A stretch of 7,002 nucleotides of DNA. It comes from Octopus sinensis. Taxonomy: Eukaryota. Position 1 is the stretch's first letter, and each line of letters begins with the position of its first letter. Positions 1 to 6,709 of this stretch are shown here, in pieces. Below the pieces are notes generated by a model that did not search any database, was not told where the DNA came from, and saw nothing but the letters and a program-made list of their open reading frames with translations. Position numbers and translations under genes: made by a program. The stretch lies in the NCBI RefSeq assembly GCF_006345805.1, contig NW_021829129.1:1-7002 (forward strand), read 5' to 3'.

Positions 1-144
1 CGTCACTTAGCGGTTCAGCAAAAGAGACCGATAGAATAAGTACTGGGCTTACAAAGAATAAGTCCCGGATCGATTTGCTCGACTAAAAGGCGGTGCTCCA
101 GCATGGCTGCAGTCAAATGACTGAAACAATAAAAGAGTAAAGAG
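1..144 (+). mobile_element. 3' portion of an octopod SINE, truncated by the window start
   Basis: The sequence cttagcggttc.gcaaaagagaccgatagaataagtact...gatttgctcgactaaa.ggcggtgctccagcatggc.gcagtcaaatgactgaaaca..aaaagagtaaagag matches my recollection of an abundant Octopus SINE 3' half. It ends in a CAGTC-AAAT-GACTG hairpin (110-123) and an AAGAGT-repeat tail (132-145). Recognised from memory, not searched. Confidence 0.8.
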
Positions 145-290
145 TATATATTTTATTATTATTTAATTAATTAATTAATTTTTAAAGAAATATAACTATC
201 AAAAAGTATGAAAAGTTTAATACAAGATAAAGAGTAAAACCCTACGATCGTTTCATGCCCCATAACCAATTCGAATAACAATAATTTAAT
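144..290 (-). repeat. Left inverted arm (inverted pseudo-LTR copy)
   Basis: 188-286 aligns to the reverse complement of 2192-2291 with 6 differences in 100 columns (5 substitutions, 1 indel). Similarity continues through the AT-rich (TTA)n/(TTAA)n tail to gtatatatttt at 144-154, which pairs with 2329-2339. Confidence 0.95.
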
Positions 291-336
291 TCAATTATAA
301 TTCGAATTATGGTTATAGTCAATCTTCAGGTTAATT
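236..336 (-). ncRNA. Type I hammerhead ribozyme, PLE-type with palindromic stem III and partly degenerate stems
   Basis: Minus strand reads: CTGAAGA (329-323) = conserved CUGANGA; a hairpin with arms 321-300 and 276-256 (~20 bp, few bulges or mismatches) = stem II; GAAA (254-251); stem III palindrome ACGATCGT (251-244); cleavage triplet GUA (245-243). Stem I (330-336 with 242-236) is weak and mismatched. Confidence 0.72.
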
Positions 337-859
337 ATAATTTTTAAATAAATAATCAGAAATATTTAAACAATTTTTTAATAAATAATAAAATAATAAT
401 TTTTTCTTATAAAAAACTCTATCATCAACTAGAAACTTAACGATTATGATTATGTCATACAATCGATTATAATGTTAAATATTAATTTTTAATTTTTAAG
501 TATTAATTTTTAAGGTAAGAATCCCACAAATGATCTAATATCAGTTATAGTCAATATCTAATTACATAAATATTTTACCAAAAAATCACTATTCATATTA
601 TTAAATATATAAAATTTGAATAATATATAAATTATCAATGAAAATATATAAATATATATAAATATTAGAATTAAGATCTAAAATTATCTCTATAAATAAA
701 TATATATGCACGTATAATGAAGACCCAATAAATTAATTAATACTAATAAAATATTAAAATATTATAGATGAAATAGCTAATTGCAAAAGAAACAAACAGA
801 CAATCTTAAACGAACGCTATAGCAAATTAACTATCTATATATCTCGTTGGCTAACTAAT

Positions 860-1790
860 AACTTTCAAAAATCTTATAGTTGAAATAAAATAATATAAAA
901 TACTTAATGAAATAATCACGTCGTAGTTATATAGTATCAAATAAATACTACAAATATATTTATCAATGGGAAGAATATTACTACCAATTGTCGATTTAAA
1001 AAGACAATATATAAGTTATGATAATAATTATAAGAAATATAAAATAACTATCAACAAATATAGTTATTTAAGACTAAAATTAATGCTATCAATACATGTA
1101 TATATATGAAACCTAACTTTAAACAACTCGTATAATTGTTAACGAACAATATATCTCTATGGCTAAGTAAAGTCTTACGAATAAACGTAAAGTTAATATA
1201 TAATAATTATATAGAAAAATTACGATAATTAGATCATTACGTAAACATCAATATTTACATAAAAAGCAATAATATTATACCATAAGACTTTAAAAATATT
1301 TAAATTTTTAAATTTTTAATATAAATATATACTTATCTTAGCGAGGTTTTGTAATGAACTAAAATTTTAAATCGGAAAACGTCTTTACAGCGTTTATAAG
1401 AATACTCGTGGAATTACGTTATTAGCAAAAAAAGAATAAATTGTTGAAGAATTCATTAGGCGTGAGGAACAAATACGCTTTATCAATGAAGATTGTGAAT
1501 GGGAACAGTTATGGTTTATCAATAAACGTAAATAGAATGAAATCACAAATAAAGAATAGTATCACTCTATACTATAAGGTTTATTATTAAAATAACTATG
1601 ATAAATAATACTTAATACTAAATAAATTAAATAATTAAAAACCACTAATTATTATATATACTCTAAAAATCTTATATGATTAATAAATATATAAAAATTA
1701 TAGTAACCCCTCAACGTACTATTAAATCTTTCCCAATTACTCTTTTAATTATAGGCTAAAACTAGTGACCAAAACCAATGTCTCGTACAA
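860..1790 (+). pseudogene. Heavily eroded Penelope-like reverse transcriptase remnant (many stops and frameshifts)
   Basis: Motif-like translations occur in PLE order: L*LK*NNIK..K*SRRSYIV (~874-927; cf. LK.N.NI.I..ADKG..IV); KPN...NISLWLSKVLR (1109-1180; cf. KP....RPIVS....Y.LAKWL..IL); NYIEKLR*L and IKSNNIIP*D (1205-1288; cf. DFI.KL..L..SFDV.SL.T.IP); RFC....F*IGKRLY...KNTRGITLLA (1344-1427; cf. F.F....Y.Q..GTAMG...A); KRK*NEI (1524-1544) or RFINEDC (1476-1496) as the degraded RY.DD; ILNTK*IK (1608-1631; cf. LN..H..IKFT); PLNVLL...[10 protein letters not shown] (1707-1784; cf. PFLDVLI...Y.KPTD..QYL). Each motif alone is weak; the order and approximate spacing provide the support. Confidence 0.55.
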
Positions 1791-1814
1791 TACTTATCAT
1801 AATTTGAGGTATAA

Positions 1815-1826
1815 CTATACATGCGT

Positions 1827-1875
<49 letters not shown>

Positions 1876-2012
1876 AACAATACGCAATACACATACACAT
1901 ACACATATATACACACACCACACACATAAATAAATATATATACATATACATATATATACACGTACATAAACATATACATATATACATACATACACACACA
2001 AACATATATCAT
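1815..2012. repeat. Compound microsatellite: (AT)19 at 1835-1872 plus mixed AC/AT/ATAC repeats
   Basis: Directly visible. It produces four of the listed ORFs and lies where the PLE C-terminal region would be expected. Confidence 0.95.
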
Positions 2013-2185
2013 AAGAATAAATACGTATATAAATGTCTATATTCATACTTTCATACAAACATAGAGGTAAACATTTAGTTTAATCCATTTATTCTATCTT
2101 ACTAATCATACTTCTATATTAAATAAAAATTGATTAAATAAACATCCAAATAAATCTATTTCAAAGAGATTACATACATATAGAT

Positions 2186-2339
2186 TAATTTAATTATTGT
2201 TATTCGAATTGGTTAATGGGCATGAAACGATCGTAGTGGTTTTACTCTTTATCTTATATTAAACTTTTAATACTTTCTGATAGTTATATTTAAAAAAAAA
2301 AATTAATTAATTAAATAATAATAATAATAAAATATATAC
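2186..2339 (+). repeat. Right inverted arm (sense pseudo-LTR 3' part)
   Basis: Reverse complement of 144-290. Contains GGCATGAAACGATCGTAGTGGTT followed by an ATTAAA polyA-signal-like hexamer (2258-2263) and an A/TAA-rich tail. Confidence 0.95.
2192..2244 (+). ncRNA. 3' half of the same hammerhead motif (stem II 3' strand, GAAA, stem III, GUA, stem I 3' strand)
   Basis: ...attcgaattggttaatgggcat-GAAA(2224-2227)-CGATCG-TA(2234-2235)-gtggtttt. No CTGANGA is found upstream on this strand, so the copy is incomplete. Confidence 0.55.
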
Positions 2340-2621
2340 ATATATTTAAGAATTTATAAGTATAAATTATTAATTTAAATAGTTTCTAAAATTTTAACTT
2401 TAATTTAAATATTTTAAATTTTTAATTTTATATTTTATATATTTTTTATTAATTAATTTTATTTCTATGTATTGGTTTATGATTTTCAGTTTGATTTGCC
2501 TAATAGTGGTTTTATCTCTAATTTAAATGCAGGAAATGTATTAGGACATGAAATGTAAAAGCCGGACTAGACTATTTTATGCGTAACTCCATTGTCTCCC
2601 GAGACAAAAAAGGATGCCAAC

Positions 2622-2647
2622 TATATATATATATATATATATATATA
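2622..2647. repeat. (TA)13 microsatellite
   Basis: Perfect dinucleotide run. Confidence 0.98.
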
Positions 2648-2999
2648 CTTAATTTTAAGTCAGGACGAAATAAAAAACATCTCGGAACAATTAGACAGCG
2701 TTTGCAGGATATATATTTATTAAACTTTTACAAGCGTGATGACAGTAGCTGCAAAGTTTTTGCCTGTTAATCCAACGAAAGCTAGCAGGCAGAAATTTCG
2801 AAGGCACTCTCACCACACTACCGTGAACCAAGAAATTAAGAATATCCTTACCAATAACAAGTCTAGAATTTCAATAAAAGACAACTTGACTACGAGAGCA
2901 TGTGGTAAAAATATTTAGGCTGAAAAACCGAATGCATTAAAGTAACAAAAAAGAACGAAAGCAAAACAAAAAAACATGAAAACAAGCAAAAGGCAAGTA

Positions 3000-3523
3000 C
3001 ATCTAAAGTACATGCCATCTTACGGCTATTTAATGAATATCCTAATAGTTTCGACACTTGCAACACGAAGGTCAGTTTGAAGGCCACTCTTGCGCTTCAA
3101 AGAAAAATTAAAAACAATCTGAAGTAATTCAACATTCCCTTTTCTTCCTGGGAACACAATGCATTAGAAGGTGAAGCCTGACGCCAGTCCTACCCCTCGT
3201 TAATTTAAAGATTTGAGCAACGTTGACTCCGTCATCGGAACCAAATTTGTGCAAGTATGAAGGCACTCTGGGTAAAACGGCGCCCTGCAAATGAAAACCT
3301 TACCTGTCATTGTGGCTTTGTAGAACAGAGCAAAGCAGGCTGTGCTGTTCACTCAAGAAACCGCATAGTAAATAATCCACTCGAGAAAACTGAGTCCTCA
3401 ATTTGTTTCATTTGCTAAAATGTTTGCAAGTCATCAGCAAGTCTTAAGAGACACATTGCGTGTCCACTTTCTTTTACAGAACACTCATTTGTCGCCCACC
3501 ACGAGAGAAACCATCGTCATCAT
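3000..3523 (+). mobile_element. RTE-clade LINE, 3'-terminal fragment (degenerate ORF C-terminus and tail)
   Basis: Translation HLKYMP...LATRRSV*RPLLRFKEKLK / NNLK*FNIPFSSWEHNALEGEA*RQ...RFEQR (frameshift near 3112) resembles the RTE C-terminal GRP.LRFKD..K..LK...I....WE..A.DR..WR motif. It is followed by Cys/His motifs TCHCGFVEQSKAGCAVH (3302-3352) and CFIC*NVCKSSASLKRH (3404-3454), and a CATCGTCATCAT tail (3512-3523). Confidence 0.85.
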
Positions 3524-3580
3524 GTATGCGTATGTGTGTGCATGTTTGTGTGTGTGCATGTGTGTGTGCACGTGAGTGTA
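3523..3580. repeat. Interrupted (TG)n microsatellite adjoining the LINE tail
   Basis: Directly visible. Confidence 0.9.
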
Positions 3581-4075
3581 TACACGCCAGTGGTGATGGG
3601 GACGGTGCGAATAATGCAGCTCATTTAGATAGGTTATATTTTTACGAAAATTTAAAGTGTTTATTTAAAACTTGTACACAATATTCATAATACAATGTAC
3701 ATTTTTGATAAAAAGAAGTTCAATTATAGTGTTTTAGCTAAACGTTTGATATGGACTTTCACATGACCATATCTAAATTCCGTGAATATCTTCACCTGTT
3801 TTGATATCGCACCACAATGTTCCCATATTTCCATTACAATTCAAGTAAGTTTGCTATAACAGAATCCAGGAAGAGCCCTAAACCTATTCCAGGATATATT
3901 TGATTAGTTGAATCCCCAAGGGAAGAAATCACAACTTAAGATAATTGGGGTCCTTAAATGTTATGTCATACTCGCAAATCTCCGACACATTATATCCTTT
4001 ATATTATCAACTCTCATCATCTAGTTTGTGGCACACCACCTTGTATAAAAATCAGTTCTCGTTCAAGGAGAAGCC

Positions 4076-4099
4076 GTTTAATAAACCGCTGGTCTAAAC
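4076..4099 (-). mobile_element. Possible hAT/Charlie-like transposon terminus with an 8-bp target-like flank
   Basis: Minus strand reads GTTTAGAC|CAGCGGTTTATTAAAC, similar to the NTCTAGAN target plus a CAG(T/C)GGTT..CAAAC TIR. No partner end or transposase was found. Confidence 0.3.
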
Positions 4100-4341
4100 T
4101 GCAAGGTCACTATTAAACAGTATCGCTTCGATTGCATATTTTGCAGGTTAATTTGCTGTGAATGATATCCAAAAATATTTTATTGGGTGAATTAGAAAAA
4201 AACCATAAAATTATGAAGTTGTTATAGAGTGAATTTGCATGCACATATCAATGTTATATGGAAGTTAAATGCAATATATTTAGTATTATGGAATATATGA
4301 ATATATGGCGTGCTAAAGTCAACCCTTTTAAATGGTCTAAA

Positions 4342-4518
4342 ATATATATATACATATACGTACATACATACGTACGTACATACATACATACATACATACT
4401 TACATACATACATACATACATACGTACGTACGTACATTTATCCATGTGTATGTTTGTGTGTGTGTTTGTATATGAGTGTGCTTGTGTGTATGCATATGCA
4501 CACACACACACATTCACA
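4342..4518. repeat. (TACA/TACG)n tetranucleotide array followed by (TG)n then (CA)n
   Basis: Directly visible. Explains the ORFs between 4222 and 4611. Confidence 0.95.
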
Positions 4519-4661
4519 TACTTTTGTAACTCTGATAAACGTCACATGTTTTCAAAGGATGCAACATCTGCTACGTTAACACCAGTCTTTCATCTCATAC
4601 GTATCTGTTAGCAGAGAATTCATTTTCACTCGTTTTCTGTCTTCTATCTACATAACACTTT

Positions 4662-4680
4662 TCTCTCTCTCTCTCTCTCT
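4662..4680. repeat. (TC)9 microsatellite
   Basis: Perfect run. Confidence 0.97.
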
Positions 4681-4849
4681 TTCTTGCTTCACTTCCATTT
4701 TCTCACTTCCCTGCTTTCTCTGTTTCTCTCTTTTACTTTGTTAAAGATCTGTTTCTTACCTTCTATTCATTGCTATTTCAACCTTATTTTCTCCACACAC
4801 GCGCGCACGCACAAGCGCACACACATATACATATTTTCAAATCTTCATG

Positions 4850-5074
4850 ACTTTCTCTCTCTTCCTCTTTCCTCTCTTCTGTCTCTCTGTCTGCTGTCTG
4901 ACTTTCTTTTTTCCCTCTCTCATTCTCTATCCTTCTACCTATCTGCATATTTCCCTCTTCCCCCATCCTCTCTACTGTCTGTCTATCTTTCTCACCTTTT
5001 GTCCTTCTCCGTCTTTCTCTCCCTCTCTCTCTATTTATTCATCTGTCTTTTTGTCTGTCTGTCTGCCTATCTAC

Positions 5075-5141
<67 letters not shown>

Positions 5142-5476
5142 CTATATATATATATATATATAATATATATATATATATTATATATATATCTTTCTATCTG
5201 TCTAATTATGTATCTATGTATGTATCTATCTCTCTCTCTCTCTATATATATATATATCTTTCTATCTGTCTATATATGTATCTATTGTATCTATCTCTCT
5301 CTCTCTATCTCTCTCTCTCTCTATATATATATATATTATATGTATATATATATATATATATATAATATATATATATGTGTTGTGTGTGGTGTGTGTGTGT
5401 GTGTTGTGTGTGTGTATATATATATATCTTTCGATCTGTCTATCTATCCATATATCTATCTATCTATCTATCTATC

Positions 5477-5508
<32 letters not shown>

Positions 5509-5550
5509 CTAGCTATCCATCCATCCATCTATCCATCTATCCATCTATCC

Positions 5551-5597
<47 letters not shown>

Positions 5598-5612
5598 CAT
5601 CTCCATCTATCC

Positions 5613-5677
<65 letters not shown>

Positions 5678-5690
5678 AGTAACTATGTAT
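4850..5690. repeat. Large compound microsatellite field: CT-rich tract, (TCTG/TCTA)n, (CT)n, (TA)n, (TG)n, (TCTA/TCCA)n
   Basis: Directly visible. Explains the ORFs between 4684 and 5682. Confidence 0.95.
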
Positions 5691-5925
5691 CCAATTTATC
5701 TCAATATTTATCTACACATCTATCTATACACGCTCTTAGTTACCTACTTGTGTGTATGTACTTGTTACCTACTTGTCTGTCTAAGTAATATTTATGCACA
5801 TACATGTATCCTATTTCATACTCACGTATATGTATATTTGTGTGTGACTCTAAAGTGGTTCTGACAAGTCTTATAAGATTCGAAATATAAGAACTTTTCG
5901 GCGGGTATTCATAAGACTATATCTC

Positions 5926-5981
5926 CACACACACACACGCGGGCATGCCTGTGTATCTGTGTGTGAGCATGTATATATATA
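5926..5981. repeat. (CA)n - GGCATGCC - (TG)n/(TA)n microsatellite cluster
   Basis: Directly visible. Confidence 0.85.
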
Positions 5982-5998
5982 CAACATCTGTTGCAAAG

Positions 5999-6524
5999 AT
6001 GTTGTTCGCTGAAGATGGTTGCTCATAGCACTGAAAATATGCAGTAAGTGGTATATAAGTTTGTCAAAGCTGCACAATACTTTAGCTTAAAAATTAACCA
6101 AATACCTTTACCAACCTGTGTAAACCTAAATGCCCCTGTAACAGAAAAAATCTCTATTAGATATGAAAGGCAGGCCCTAAGCAAAACATTCAAACACCTA
6201 GGCGGCACCATCTTAGATAATGCATGGTTGGACTAGGAAATCACATAGAGAATGAGCAAAGCTAGTTCTTCCTTTGGCAGGTTTAACACGTATAGAAACA
6301 TGCCTATTTTACTACAGTAAATGTGTATCATGCTATAGATTCTTTCTTCCCTTCTGTATGGAGCGGAAACTTGGACGGTCTATAAAGCTCAAGTAGACAA
6401 ATTACGTGCATACATGATGAGACAGCTACGACAAAATATGAAGATTACACTGTCTCACAAGATCAGGAATGAAGAGATCGTACGCCGTGTTGATCTGGCT
6501 CCTATGACGGAAAAAATTATTCAT
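5999..6524 (+). mobile_element. RTE-clade (BovB-like) LINE fragment: RT catalytic and thumb region, pseudogenised
   Basis: MLFAED (5999-6016, degraded LFADD) is followed, after a frameshift, by VAHSTENMQ*VVYKFVKAAQYFSLKIN...FKHLGGTILDNAWLD*EIT*RMSKASSSFGR...LLYGAETWTVYKAQV.KLRAYMMRQLRQ...KIRNEEIVRR. These match RTE RT motifs FKYLGS.I, R..KAS..FGRL and LLYGAETWT. Confidence 0.92.
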
Positions 6525-6620
6525 GCTACTAAGTCAAGCAAATTTGAATACTGTTACGAAGCTAATGGAATGTTGTGGCTCAGCATAATTTTGGAAGAAG
6601 TGCTCCTCAAAACATCACAA

Positions 6621-6640
6621 TCAGGGTGTGGACGCATACA
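6621..6640 (+). repeat. Candidate left TIR start of the Tc1/mariner element (CAGGGTGT...)
   Basis: CAGGGTGTG at 6622 lies ~90 bp upstream of the transposase and resembles Tc1/mariner TIR starts. The expected TA target is absent and the partner TIR is outside the window. Confidence 0.35.
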
Positions 6641-6709
6641 TTTGTTTTACTTCCGTTGTTTGTTTTTTTTCTTTTTAAAACCTTTGCTGCTATATTTTTT
6701 GCAGAATAA

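Larger units (their letters stand above)
144..2339 (+). mobile_element. Decayed or non-autonomous Penelope-like retroelement with inverted pseudo-LTRs
   Basis: Three lines of evidence: terminal inverted arms (144-290 and ~2186-2339), a hammerhead ribozyme motif in the arms, and ordered remnants of PLE-type RT motifs on the + strand between them. Both ends fall in short TA runs. Confidence 0.7.

Noticed and set aside
660-1600. Possible ciliate-code (TAA/TAG=Gln) gene, i.e. horizontal transfer or contamination
   Set aside because: Stop density is about what this AT content gives by chance, the motif-bearing frame switches several times, TGA stops also occur, and the flanks are host repeats. 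Mutational decay explains it more simply.
1712-1790. Minus-strand DIGFGH..PII / KSNWERFNSTL resembling a LINE endonuclease end (GSDH...KANW)
   Set aside because: The spacing is far too short, needs a frameshift, has no supporting motifs either side, and overlaps the better-supported + strand PLE motifs.
1745-2078. Four overlapping ORFs rich in Y/I/V/C/H/T
   Set aside because: They are translations of AT/AC microsatellites, which lack stop codons, and have no protein-like content.
144-2339. DNA transposon (MITE, Foldback or Mutator) reading of the inverted arms
   Set aside because: No TSD, canonical TIR terminus or transposase remnant was seen, and the hammerhead plus RT motifs fit PLE pseudo-LTRs better. 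Disfavoured rather than excluded.
300-2470. Mitochondrial insertion (NUMT) or control region suggested by extreme AT content
   Set aside because: No recognisable mitochondrial protein, rRNA or tRNA sequence on either strand.
2702-2725. GCAGGATATAT...TAAAC resembling an Agrobacterium T-DNA border or oriT nick core (CAGGATATAT again at 3890-3899)
   Set aside because: Short AT-rich matches noticed after the fact, with wrong spacer length and no bacterial or plasmid context. Most likely chance.
2579-3087. ORFs 2579-2770, 2736-2918 and 2890-3087 as genes or an upstream extension of the RTE fragment
   Set aside because: They are short with no convincing motif. One spans a TA run and one is antisense to an A-rich tract and the LINE. 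ISIKDNLT only faintly recalls RTE I.W.D..TN.
3700-4200. Possible host exon in unique-looking sequence
   Set aside because: The frames I translated on both strands contain stops, with no recognisable domain or convincing splice-site pair.
4222-5682. Nine ORFs of 60-172 aa (YIHT, LSIY and SLSL repeats)
   Set aside because: All coincide with TACA, TG, CT or TCTA repeats and are artefacts of low complexity.
5739-5776. GTTACCTACTTGT repeated at a 25-bp period
   Set aside because: Only two copies, consistent with a simple local tandem duplication. It is not a CRISPR-like or regulatory array.
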